DNA from: an uncultured Candidatus Saccharibacteria bacterium
GTDB taxonomy: Bacteria; Patescibacteriota; WWE3; UBA101185; UBA10185
Direction: 5' to 3'
DNA: 36,002 nt
Assembly (NCBI GenBank): GCA_964567095.1
Contig: CAZMKN010000003.1
Span: 3,996-39,997, forward strand
The notes beneath the pieces were generated by a model. That model made no database searches, was not told the DNA's origin, and was given only the letters and a program-made list of their open reading frames with translations. Of the stretch, positions 1 to 8,305 are shown in pieces (positions within the stretch are counted from its first letter, which is position 1; each line of letters opens with the position of its first letter). The translations under genes were made by a program, and so were the position numbers.

Positions 1-301
1 GCAGGCTTCCAAAACTATTTATTGCGATATCTAAGTACTGAAAAGCTCTGCCAGGGACAACTTTTTGGTACAGTTCCATTAAGATTCCATATAAAACACT
101 CCCAAAAAAAGAGGCCCACGGGCTTTTTAAACCTCTATAAAGCGTGAAGCAAAAGAAGAAGTACATAACAAAATGCACGTTTATGTTATAAGATTCTTTA
201 GTCAGTCCCACAGCGTTAATAGTTTTTCCGGGAATGGACGCAAGTATAAGAATTATAAGAGCGGTGGTTAAGGATGGTAAGTATTTATTAAATCTTTTCA
301 C
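1..301 (-). CDS. VanZ-like membrane protein; its 3' end is cut by the window edge
   Basis: Absent from the ORF track because it runs off the window. The minus-strand frame from GTG (301-299) reads VKRFNKYLPSLTTALIILILASIPGKTINAVGLTKESYNINVHFVMYFFFCFTLYRGLKSPWASFFGSVLYGILMELYQKVVPGRAFQYLDIAINSFGSL. The H-F..Y and E..Q...PGR.....D...N..G pattern is typical of the VanZ family. A GTGA start/stop overlap links it to the upstream gene. Confidence 0.5.
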   Translation of the reverse strand, partial: MKRFNKYLPSLTTALIILILASIPGKTINAVGLTKESYNINVHFVMYFFFCFTLYRGLKSPWASFFGSVLYGILMELYQKVVPGRAFQYLDIAINSFGSL

Positions 302-1005
302 GTTGGAATTTTATCACTTTTCTTTATGAATCCCACGATTCCTGCTAAAAAGGAAGCCCCCAAGAGGACAGCCGAAAGGTTACTCGTATTTCTTAAGTCC
401 TTTAGCGTTTTCGTCTGATTTTTTGGTACAGTTATTTCCTCCTTTTGGCCAATAGATTGATTTGGCCGTTTCTTTTGCCTCCATGTTTTTGCACTTTCAT
501 TTATTTTTTCAAAATAGCCTTTGTAAGCTTTGGTTGTGAAAAGTTCTTTTGTGGGTGTTTCATAAACTTTATTTGTTTCTAGATCTTTTATTAGAAGTTT
601 CAACAGTACATTTTCTTGGTTGGAAGTTCCCTTTATATATAATTTCCCTTTTGCGTTGGGCATTTCCAGCCAAGAATTATTTGGAAATATCCACCCTTGG
701 GTTTCGGGATTGTAAATTTTTATAGTTGCTTCTTCAGAGTTAGGTTTTACTTTCCACCGCGATTGGTCAAAGTCCGTGATTTTATGCTCTATGTTTATTT
801 CTATTTCCTTTCCATTTTGCAGTTCGTAAGTATTTGGGAAAAAATCGAAATAGTATTCTTGTTCTTCCAGTGAGTTCAGATCCTCTGATGGGTCCAGGTC
901 CTCCGCATAAACATCTCCAATGTAATTGTTGGCGGTGTAAAAAGTGAATCCCACAACTAGAGAGATTAAAATGGGCTTTTTCCATATTGAGGTCACCGAA
1001 ATCAT
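298..1005 (-). CDS. Hypothetical secreted protein with a C-terminal membrane anchor
   Basis: ORF 298..1131 was trimmed to the internal ATG at 1005, because the first 42 codons overlap the M23 gene. The N-terminus MISVTSIWKKPILISLVVGFTFYTANNYIGDVYA|ED looks like a signal peptide. The C-terminus LSAVLLGASFLAGIVGFIKKSDK is a hydrophobic helix plus a basic tail, and there is no LPXTG motif. Confidence 0.55.
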   Translation of the reverse strand: MISVTSIWKKPILISLVVGFTFYTANNYIGDVYAEDLDPSEDLNSLEEQEYYFDFFPNTYELQNGKEIEINIEHKITDFDQSRWKVKPNSEEATIKIYNPETQGWIFPNNSWLEMPNAKGKLYIKGTSNQENVLLKLLIKDLETNKVYETPTKELFTTKAYKGYFEKINESAKTWRQKKRPNQSIGQKEEITVPKNQTKTLKDLRNTSNLSAVLLGASFLAGIVGFIKKSDKIPT

Positions 1006-1058
1006 TCTAATTTGTATTTGTGGAAAGTAAAGGGGGAATGTTCCAGTTAAACTAGAAT

Positions 1059-2396
1059 TTAATAGTTTACATGTAGATAGTAAGATTGCAACCCCCCGGA
1101 ATGATCTAATCGTATATACTGTAATCTGCATTGTCCTGTATCGTAATACCCTCGATAATATATCCCGTCCTCAACGGCATAAAGAGCTAGTTGAGGGCTA
1201 CTAATGTCAATTCCATCGTGGAAGGAATAGATATTTCTTAACCAAGGAATGTTCCTTGTTGCCCAGGTATTGCCATATCCTTGGTGCATAGTAATATGCC
1301 CTTTTAAAGGCCATTGCCAATCACCGGAGGGGTTAAAGGAATCACTTGCAGAACAACTACCAGAACCACTACAATTAGAATAACTGGAAATACCTTTTAG
1401 GTATTTAAATGGGTCTTTTGTTGCCCCATTTTTCCTCACGGTAAAGTGCAGATGCACCCCATTGGAGTTACACGAAGCTCCCGCTATAACGCTTCCTATT
1501 GTCTGCCCCGCAGAAATGTTTACACCGGAACCCTCAATACCACTACCCGCCAAAATAGCTTGCAAAGACAGATACTCCTGCCGTGCCTGTTCCAACAGCT
1601 CTTGGTATTTAGCGTTATCATTTTCCGTGTCTTTCAACAGTCTTTCCTTGCTAGCCTTTTGATCATCCAATTGCCTTTTATATGCCTCCTGGTTTGCTTT
1701 CTGGACGACAATTTCTGCCTTTAGCTCCTCTTCTTCCTGTTTCTTGTCCTCAAAAATGTTTTTTTGATTCGCATAAGCAGTTTTCGTTTTATTCATTTCT
1801 TTCAAAAGTTTAGCATCGTGTTCCTGCATAATTTCCGAGTAGGTAGTCTTGTCGATTTTTTGCTCTAATTTCTCAGGATCCAGTAAAAATAGAATGAACT
1901 CAAAGCTGCTCGGCGTGGACTCCTCCATTTTGTAGTAAGACCTTTTCCTTTGGGCGAGAATATTTTCTTGATAAGTAATGGATTCTGTCATTCTTTCAAT
2001 TCTGTTGCCCAAATCGACGATATCCTGCCCCAATTTAGCTATTTTTTCGGTTTTAACGGCAATTTGATTGATAGTGTTTTGAATTCTTAACTGTGTTAAC
2101 TGGATCTGGTTGTTTGCGTACTCTATCTCCTTTTGTAGTGAATCTATCTTGTTGCCCGAGTCTAAAACTGCCTTTTCCAGTTCCGCTATTTTTTCCAGCA
2201 ACTCCTCCGTGTCTATAGTATTAGTAGGATCATCTTCTGCCATGTCGCTGTCATCCTCCTCTTCTTCAGCACGTACCTCACTTAGGACATTTCCAGGAGT
2301 TACTCCCATTGCAAAAGGAATAGCTATGAAAACAGTAAGAAAAAATCCCAGTAGAGCCAGATTCAGGTTTTTCAACAGGGGATCCCTTTTTAGCAT
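1059..2396 (-). CDS. Coiled-coil M23 (LytM-type) peptidoglycan metalloendopeptidase, a candidate FtsEX-regulated hydrolase (EnvC/PcsB analogue)
   Basis: It has an N-terminal TM/signal and about 230 aa of heptad-like, E/K/Q-rich coiled coil. M23 motifs are present: GVHLHFTVRKNG (HxH) and FHDGIDI (HxxxD). It starts 6 nt downstream of ftsX on the same strand. Confidence 0.8.
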   Translation of the reverse strand: MLKRDPLLKNLNLALLGFFLTVFIAIPFAMGVTPGNVLSEVRAEEEEDDSDMAEDDPTNTIDTEELLEKIAELEKAVLDSGNKIDSLQKEIEYANNQIQLTQLRIQNTINQIAVKTEKIAKLGQDIVDLGNRIERMTESITYQENILAQRKRSYYKMEESTPSSFEFILFLLDPEKLEQKIDKTTYSEIMQEHDAKLLKEMNKTKTAYANQKNIFEDKKQEEEELKAEIVVQKANQEAYKRQLDDQKASKERLLKDTENDNAKYQELLEQARQEYLSLQAILAGSGIEGSGVNISAGQTIGSVIAGASCNSNGVHLHFTVRKNGATKDPFKYLKGISSYSNCSGSGSCSASDSFNPSGDWQWPLKGHITMHQGYGNTWATRNIPWLRNIYSFHDGIDISSPQLALYAVEDGIYYRGYYDTGQCRLQYIRLDHSGGLQSYYLHVNY

Positions 2397-2402
2397 AGAA
2401 GT

Positions 2403-3287
2403 TTAATACTCCAAGTATTTTTTAACAGTATTTTTGCTTCCTAAATACCCTAACAAAAGCCCCGATAGGAGCAGAACTATTCCCAGGATAGCAGTTACAA
2501 GTATCAAACTAACCTTAATTTCCGGCAAAAAAGGCATTGCAAGACCTGAGCGAAAAATTCTCAGAGCACTCGCAATCAAGGCCCCGCTTACAAGTAGTAC
2601 AGTTGCAATTACAGACGATGTAAAACTAAAGAATATTCCTTGCGTAATTATGGGTCTTTGAACATAATCATTAGAGGCTCCCACCAACTTAAGAATTTCC
2701 AATTCAGTACCCTTTTTATTTATATATGTTCTTAAGGTTATTACTATTGCCGAGTAAGAGACAAATAGAAACATTGCTGTGAGAGTAAATCCCACTATAT
2801 AAACAATATTCGCAATTTTTTGGAACTTTACAACCACGTCCTCAAAGAACTTAACACCCTCTACTCCCTCGTTTGGAGAAAGTTCTTCAGCAATGATTTT
2901 TAAGTTCTCTAATTTTTTCGTTCGAATTTTTAAACTTGCTGGTAATATATTTGCTGAAATTGATTCCAAAAGCAGAGGCTCGTCAGCGTTTATCTCGCTA
3001 AAGATTTTTAGCGCGTCTTCTTTTGAGATGTATTCCACTTCCGCAATTCTGTCATCCTGCTCCAACGTTCCCTTTAACGCTAAAATACTTTCTTCCGAAA
3101 AATCATCTTTAAAAAATGCAGTAACCTGAGTTTGTTGTTCTAAGTAACTAAGTGTTGATTGTGAGATGAATACTATTAACATAAAAATACCCAAAACCAA
3201 GAACGTAATTGTCATAGTTAAGATATTTGCAAAGGATAAAACTTTTTCTTTTTGGAACGTTTCTTTTATTCTTTCAAAACTACTCAT
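2403..3287 (-). CDS. ftsX: Cell-division ABC transporter permease-like protein FtsX
   Basis: Topology is one TM, an extracellular domain of about 100 aa, then three TMs. The motif ELEILKLVGASNDYVQRPIITQG matches the FtsX signature E.ei.kLvGA...fi..PF. It overlaps ftsE by 8 nt. Confidence 0.85.
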   Translation of the reverse strand: MSSFERIKETFQKEKVLSFANILTMTITFLVLGIFMLIVFISQSTLSYLEQQTQVTAFFKDDFSEESILALKGTLEQDDRIAEVEYISKEDALKIFSEINADEPLLLESISANILPASLKIRTKKLENLKIIAEELSPNEGVEGVKFFEDVVVKFQKIANIVYIVGFTLTAMFLFVSYSAIVITLRTYINKKGTELEILKLVGASNDYVQRPIITQGIFFSFTSSVIATVLLVSGALIASALRIFRSGLAMPFLPEIKVSLILVTAILGIVLLLSGLLLGYLGSKNTVKKYLEY

Positions 3288-4020
3288 GGTAATGTCCCTT
3301 CTCTTTGTCTGAGATTATCTCTCCTTTATGAATTCTTATAACTCTTTTCTGCATCTTGTTTACGATATCCTGATCATGTGTTGCCATTAGTACTGTTGTG
3401 CCTCGTTCCGCTATATTTTCTAAAATTTCCATAATCTGATCCCCAGATTCCGGATCTATCATTCCTGTCGGTTCATCAGCAACTAATATATCGGGCTCAT
3501 GCGCTAAAGCCCTTGCAATCGCCGTCTTTTGCTCTTCTCCTCCCGAAAGTTGGTGCGGATAATTATCCTTTTTATCTAAAAGTCCTACCATATTCAAGAC
3601 GTTTGGCACAATCTCATTTATTTCCTCCTCAGGAGCATCCACAACCTTCAAGGCTATAGCAACATTTTCAAAAACCGTTTTCGACTCCAGCAACTTAAAA
3701 TCCTGAAATACCACGCCGATTTTTCTTCGTATTAAATGGATTTCTTGTTTAGGGATTTCTAGGATATTTGTATCCCCGAAATAAATTTCCCCTTCGGACG
3801 GTTCCTCTTCACGGATTAAAATTTTTACCAATGTAGATTTCCCTGCCCCGGATTCCCCAACTAAGAAGGCAAACTCTCCTTGATATATGTCCAAACCAAC
3901 TCCCTTTAAAACTTCTATTACAGGAATGTCTTCAGCCCTGCCCTTTCTATTTTTAGGTACGCTGTTAAGCACATACGATTTTCTGATATTTTTAAACACT
4001 AGTTGCTTGTTTTGAGTCAT
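3280..4020 (-). CDS. ftsE: Cell-division ABC transporter ATP-binding protein FtsE
   Basis: Motifs found: Walker A GESGAGKST, ABC signature LSGGEEQKTAIARAL, Walker B ILVADEPTG, and an H-loop (ATHD). It lies directly upstream of ftsX. Confidence 0.9.
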   Translation of the reverse strand: MTQNKQLVFKNIRKSYVLNSVPKNRKGRAEDIPVIEVLKGVGLDIYQGEFAFLVGESGAGKSTLVKILIREEEPSEGEIYFGDTNILEIPKQEIHLIRRKIGVVFQDFKLLESKTVFENVAIALKVVDAPEEEINEIVPNVLNMVGLLDKKDNYPHQLSGGEEQKTAIARALAHEPDILVADEPTGMIDPESGDQIMEILENIAERGTTVLMATHDQDIVNKMQKRVIRIHKGEIISDKEKGHYHE

Positions 4021-4023
4021 TTT

Positions 4024-4449
4024 TTAATTTGAGATTATAATTTTTTCCACAATTAAAACACGTTCCCCCGCTTTAGTTTTCGTTTGTAATCCTTGCACTT
4101 CGACGCGAAGATTCTCGGCCATTTCTAACTTTGCATCCTCACTTTTCAATAAAATTACATCTTTTCCATCCTTGTCCACTAATTTATAGCTAATGTTTTC
4201 CCCAGGATAGTTTGCGGGACTCGTATATTTTATTGTTCCTTTCAAGGAGCTTTTTGTGACCTCGGCGGTTATCGGTTCCACGGCATTGATGGGGGAAGAT
4301 GAGTCAAAGTCAGTAAAGAATCTATCTATAACGAAAACAATTGAACCCAAAAGTATTATCGCTACGCCAACTAACTTGATTAAGTAAGCTTTGTTTTTGG
4401 GTTTCACTTTAAACGGAGTATCTTTTCTAGGCAGGTTTTCTTCATTCAT
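4024..4449 (-). CDS. Hypothetical N-terminally anchored membrane protein
   Basis: It has a basic N-terminus, a single TM (LIKLVGVAIILLGSIVFVI) and a beta-rich ectodomain of about 90 aa. It is packed between murJ and ftsE with 24 nt and 3 nt gaps. Confidence 0.5.
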   Translation of the reverse strand: MNEENLPRKDTPFKVKPKNKAYLIKLVGVAIILLGSIVFVIDRFFTDFDSSSPINAVEPITAEVTKSSLKGTIKYTSPANYPGENISYKLVDKDGKDVILLKSEDAKLEMAENLRVEVQGLQTKTKAGERVLIVEKIIISN

Positions 4450-4473
4450 AAATCTATTTAAGTATACAATATT

Positions 4474-6141
4474 TCAATACTCGATTTCGGTTATCTCGCT
4501 GGTTACATTCGATTTTTTAATAATTTTTTTGAGATTTATTTTCTGGATTAACTCTCCGAAAAGCTCCATTTCTTTTACCTTAAATATTTTATTGAACAGT
4601 AGATAAGTACCCATGCCTACAAGAGATGTAACCATTGTTATTAGTAGTAGCTGGGGGGTTCTTGTACTATCAAAGACAAACCTGTCCAGAAGTTTTAAGG
4701 GAGCATATATGCTTATTCCCATTATGGTTGCCGCCCAACTCATTTTTATAAAAGGCACCACCGTTCGCTTCAGATCAAAACCACCAAGCTTTTTTGCCAA
4801 TAGATAAAGTAGGGCGAGCATATCAATTATCGAAGTAATGGAGTAGGAGAGAGCTATAGACCACACCCCAAGATTAAGTTTTCTGGTGAAGAGAACAGAA
4901 AGTCCTACGTTTAGAATAACAGTTACTAGGCTTACTTTTACGGGTGTTTTCGTATCTTTTAGGGCGTAATAAGCTCTGTTGAGTAGGTATATTGTCCCTT
5001 GTGCAAATATAGAAATGCTGTAAAAAGCCAGAGTATAAGATGTTTTGACAGTAGCTTCCCACGGGAATTTTGAGGTTCCATATGCTAGGCGGATCAGGGG
5101 TATTCTTAGTACCATTAAAATTACTGAGCAGGGGATTACTAGAAATAACATTTGGTGCAATGAGGTTATAAGTATTTTCTTGAAACGATCTTTATTTTTG
5201 ATAGTTGCCTGTCTTGATAGGGTAGGTAGTGCTGCAGATGCTATAGAAATAGCGAACAGATTTATCGGGAAAAATTGTAATTGGTCGGCAAACTTTAAAT
5301 AAATTGCAGCCGGTTTAGAAATTAGTATTGCTAAAGAGTTGTTAATCATGTTCAATCCGTTGGCAATTAGAATGCTAAGTATCCTCGGAGGGACAAGTTT
5401 AAAAAACCTTCTGAGATATTCGTCTTTTAATTTAAGTAGAAAGGTGTATTTGTACTTTATGCTTACTACTCCGGGAAGCTGTATTGCAAGATGTGCTAAG
5501 GCCCCGATCATTATTCCGTATGTGGGTCCGAGTATTCCGTGTTTGTTGGAGAACACAATTATTCCGGCGATTAGACCCAGATTATAAAGTAATGGGGCTA
5601 AACTGGTTAGTAAAAAACATCTGTGTGATTGCAATAGTCCTGTTAGAAAGCTGCTCACAAGTAGTATTATTTGGGCTCCTAGCATCAGCTTGAGTAAAAG
5701 AGCCCCTCTCTGTATTTCTGCTGGTGTGAATTGTGATACGGAAAGAATTTTTATTAAGTTGTCAGCGAATATAAAGGCGCACGATCCTATTACTATAAAA
5801 AGCAAAGTGCTAACTGTTATTATCACTGAGGCTATGTCTTGTGATTTTTCGTCACTTTCTTTTTTTGCCTCGGTGTAAATTGGAATGAATACTGTAGATA
5901 GTGCTCCTACAACAAAGAGTGAGTAAAGCAAGCTAGGAATTTTATCAGCTGTGAAAAATATCGTTAGGTCAGAAGATGTCCCGAAGTAAGCACTTAACAG
6001 TCGGCTTTTTATTATTCCAAGAACAGCGTTTATACCGCTTGCTGAGGCTATTATTGTCGCGGCCGAGAGGATTGTGTTTTGGGTACGTGTCAAAAATCCG
6101 AACTTACATTTTATTGCGTCTACGATTTTCTGCTTGACCAT
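4474..6141 (-). CDS. murJ: Lipid II flippase MurJ (MviN family)
   Basis: It is a 555-aa polytopic protein. The N-terminal region SRLLSAYFGTSSDLTIFFTADKIPSLLYSLFVVGALSTVFIPIY matches the conserved MurJ start (sR.lg...fG.s...DAf..A..iP......gal...fiP.). Confidence 0.85.
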   Translation of the reverse strand: MVKQKIVDAIKCKFGFLTRTQNTILSAATIIASASGINAVLGIIKSRLLSAYFGTSSDLTIFFTADKIPSLLYSLFVVGALSTVFIPIYTEAKKESDEKSQDIASVIITVSTLLFIVIGSCAFIFADNLIKILSVSQFTPAEIQRGALLLKLMLGAQIILLVSSFLTGLLQSHRCFLLTSLAPLLYNLGLIAGIIVFSNKHGILGPTYGIMIGALAHLAIQLPGVVSIKYKYTFLLKLKDEYLRRFFKLVPPRILSILIANGLNMINNSLAILISKPAAIYLKFADQLQFFPINLFAISIASAALPTLSRQATIKNKDRFKKILITSLHQMLFLVIPCSVILMVLRIPLIRLAYGTSKFPWEATVKTSYTLAFYSISIFAQGTIYLLNRAYYALKDTKTPVKVSLVTVILNVGLSVLFTRKLNLGVWSIALSYSITSIIDMLALLYLLAKKLGGFDLKRTVVPFIKMSWAATIMGISIYAPLKLLDRFVFDSTRTPQLLLITMVTSLVGMGTYLLFNKIFKVKEMELFGELIQKINLKKIIKKSNVTSEITEIEY

Positions 6142-6173
6142 ATCAATAGTTATGTTATCATTGCAGGCATATT

Positions 6174-6488
6174 ATGCCTAATACTATGTCGTCAAAAAAA
6201 GCTCTAAGGCAGTCCCGCCGCAAGAGGTCTCATAATTTATTTTGGAAGAATCGTGTGAAAATCGTTGTAAAGGATCTGAAAGATTCCTTGCAGACTAAGG
6301 GCGCGACTCTTGATATACTGAAGAAGAAGGAAAGCCTTCTTCAGAAGTATTTGGACAAAGCAGCTAAAGAAAAAGTAATAGCCAAAAATAAAGCTAATCG
6401 TTTAAAATCAAAATATGCCAAAAGAATTACTGCCTATCTCGCAACTTCGAAAAAAACTAGGAAACCTGTTCCGAAAGCTAAAAAGTAA
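6174..6488 (+). CDS. rpsT: 30S ribosomal protein S20 with a short basic C-terminal tail
   Basis: The start SSKKALRQSRRKRSHNLFWKNRVK and the end NKANRLKSKYAKRITAYL match the S20 start and end. An extra tail, ATSKKTRKPVPKAKK, follows. Confidence 0.85.
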   Translation: MPNTMSSKKALRQSRRKRSHNLFWKNRVKIVVKDLKDSLQTKGATLDILKKKESLLQKYLDKAAKEKVIAKNKANRLKSKYAKRITAYLATSKKTRKPVPKAKK

Positions 6489-7080
6489 AACGCTTCCGAA
6501 AGACACCAACCCCGAATTTGAAATTTCTGGAGCCAGCCTTTTACCTAGTTATAAACTTGAACCTACACTGTCGTTTGGTAAAGAACTTAATTTCAAAACC
6601 GTAAGTAATTATTATAAATCTTCCAATTTTATTCCATTTGCTCAGGCCGCTATTATTTTACTCACGTCTGTTTTTATAGTTGTTTCCTTGCTGAACGTGC
6701 TTATTAATTCGAAAATTAAAAAACAAGGGATTTTGCAGTCCGAGAATATTTCTTATCTAGAGAATGAACTAAAATCTTTGGAGAATCTAACAAAAATTTC
6801 AAAAAAAATAGAGCTTTTTAAAAGGTACAAAGCAGATTCCAAGAAATTAACTCCTTACGCTAATTTGCTTACGAATTCCGAGGGTCTTAGTTTCGAAAAC
6901 TTCAGTTTAAATCCCACCGAAGCTTCCTTTGCCGGGACTACAGCTTCTCCAACTACATTTTCATTACTAGTTGCAAAGTACCTTCAGAGTGACCTGGTTG
7001 ACAGTGTAGTTTTGCAAGCGGCTTCTCTAAATACTAATAAAAATATTTATGAACTTCAGGTAAACTTAAAACTAAAATGA
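6415..7080 (+). CDS. PilN-like bitopic membrane protein (pilus or secretion assembly-platform component, tentative)
   Basis: The cytoplasmic N-terminus contains SLLPSYK (compare the PilN INLLP motif). A single TM (AAIILLTSVFIVVSLLNVLI) and a coiled coil follow. The C-terminal alpha/beta region (FENFSLNPTEASFAGTTASP..VLQAASL....YELQVNLKL) resembles PilN. The only in-frame ATG/GTG/TTG start overlaps rpsT by 74 nt. Confidence 0.4.
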   Translation: MPKELLPISQLRKKLGNLFRKLKSKTLPKDTNPEFEISGASLLPSYKLEPTLSFGKELNFKTVSNYYKSSNFIPFAQAAIILLTSVFIVVSLLNVLINSKIKKQGILQSENISYLENELKSLENLTKISKKIELFKRYKADSKKLTPYANLLTNSEGLSFENFSLNPTEASFAGTTASPTTFSLLVAKYLQSDLVDSVVLQAASLNTNKNIYELQVNLKLK

Positions 7081-7631
7081 GAAAAAAGTTAGTTACATAT
7101 AACGCGTTTCACGACTTTTACGCCCTAATTCTCTTTTTAAATATTTTTGGTCTAGGTGTTTTTGGTATATATCCTGCAACAATCTCTTTAGTAAAAAAAC
7201 CGAATTTTTTGGCCGAGTTTAAGACAAAGAACGAGGAACTCTCATCTTTGCTGGTTAAAGCTCAGGAGGAGGCTCAAATTCAAGAACAGCTTCAGCCCTA
7301 TCTACCGGCCCTGAACGCCATAATACCCGATGATATTTATGGAGATCGGGTTGTCGCTGAGTTGTTGGTGCTTACGGCCAAAGAGGGTTACACATTGGAG
7401 GACGTTTCTTTTTCACTAGGGGGCGAAAATTTTTCGATCGTTCACTTTTCTGCGGAAGGATCGTTCGAAGAGTTAGGAAAACTTTTGGTAGCGATTGAAG
7501 ACTCAAAATTAAGTATGGAAATAACCGAGATTAGTATGAGTTTCTCGAAGCAAGATACAAAACACTTACCGAGAATTTCCGTTGACCTGAATGTATATAG
7601 TTTGAGGGAGCCCATCAATGAAGAAGAGTAA
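7077..7631 (+). CDS. PilO-like bitopic membrane protein (tentative; a VirB8/PrgL-like role is not excluded)
   Basis: It overlaps the previous gene through an ATGA start/stop. It has an N-terminal TM (YALILFLNIFGLGVFGIY), a coiled coil (NEELSSLLVKAQEEAQIQEQLQ) and an alpha/beta domain of about 90 aa. Confidence 0.35.
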   Translation: MRKKLVTYNAFHDFYALILFLNIFGLGVFGIYPATISLVKKPNFLAEFKTKNEELSSLLVKAQEEAQIQEQLQPYLPALNAIIPDDIYGDRVVAELLVLTAKEGYTLEDVSFSLGGENFSIVHFSAEGSFEELGKLLVAIEDSKLSMEITEISMSFSKQDTKHLPRISVDLNVYSLREPINEEE

Positions 7632-7821
7632 ATTTATAATACTTGGTATTTTTACGTTTATAACTTTAGCAAATCTTTTTCTGATTTTTTCCCTTAGGGA
7701 TGCTAATTCCGCAAATAATCTCACTTTTTCTCGAAAAACACTTGATTTTAATAGGGAATTTAGTGTTACAATAGATTTAGATTTTTTAAGGAATAATTTA
7801 AAACCTGCCTATGAACAATAG
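7618..7821 (+). CDS. Small single-pass membrane protein (hypothetical)
   Basis: A Shine-Dalgarno-like GAGGGA lies 8 nt upstream of the ATG. The N-terminal TM is FIILGIFTFITLANLFLIF. It overlaps both neighbouring genes. Confidence 0.4.
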   Translation: MKKSKFIILGIFTFITLANLFLIFSLRDANSANNLTFSRKTLDFNREFSVTIDLDFLRNNLKPAYEQ

Positions 7822-8305
7822 CTATCAAGCACAAAAAGGCTTCAAGACTTTCCTAGTTACCTTGGTTATCTCACTCGGAATCTTTATTGCGGTTTACTAT
7901 GTAACTTCTTATCCCTCTTACAAAATTAATATCGAAGAGTCTACTGGTGGAGAGCTGTTGGGTCGAACGGCTGTTGGGGAAACTGAGTTGGCTATTTCCC
8001 CTGTTAGCGAAGAGAAAAGCCCATTTCGACAGTTGAACGATACAGAGATGGCTGTTTCTAAGAGAGTGGTGTTGGCCGGTTCTGACGAGAATATTGTGCC
8101 TGAGGTGCCTACCGTGCCTGCTGAAACCGCGCCGATAGGTATACCTTCAGATATCCCCGAGAGTACTGTTCCGGATACCGGCTCGTTTGCTGTGACCGTT
8201 TCCTTATTTTCTTCTCTTTGTATGTTGGGTGCTGGCCTGTACTACGTGTATTTAGGCCCCCGTAAATTGGCTTTGAAGTCTTTTGAAGATCGCTTTCTTA
8301 GTTAA
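7811..8305 (+). CDS. Putative sortase substrate, a surface protein with a VPDTG sorting-signal-like C-terminus
   Basis: The C-terminus has VPDTG (nt 8168-8182), then a 25-aa hydrophobic segment (SFAVTVSLFSSLCMLGAGLYYVYLG), then a basic tail (PRKLALK). The N-terminus QKGFKTFLVTLVISLGIFIAV loosely resembles a prepilin leader plus hydrophobic helix. The central region is Pro/Glu/Thr-rich. Confidence 0.55.
   Translation: MNNSYQAQKGFKTFLVTLVISLGIFIAVYYVTSYPSYKINIEESTGGELLGRTAVGETELAISPVSEEKSPFRQLNDTEMAVSKRVVLAGSDENIVPEVPTVPAETAPIGIPSDIPESTVPDTGSFAVTVSLFSSLCMLGAGLYYVYLGPRKLALKSFEDRFLS

Noticed and set aside
1006-1131. A 42-codon N-terminal extension of ORF 298..1131 (MQITVYTIRSF...) overlaps the 3' end of the M23 gene by 73 nt.
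   Set aside because: The extension has no signal or TM logic. The internal Met at 1005 starts a textbook signal peptide and removes the overlap, so the shorter model is preferred.
1446-2406. Plus-strand ORFs (92, 66 and 98 aa) lie antisense to the M23 hydrolase gene. Similar antisense ORFs occur inside ftsX, murJ, the VirB4-like gene, groEL and the helicase gene.
   Set aside because: All lie fully inside well-supported genes on the opposite strand. They have low-complexity or hydrophobic-nonsense composition and lack start-site signals.
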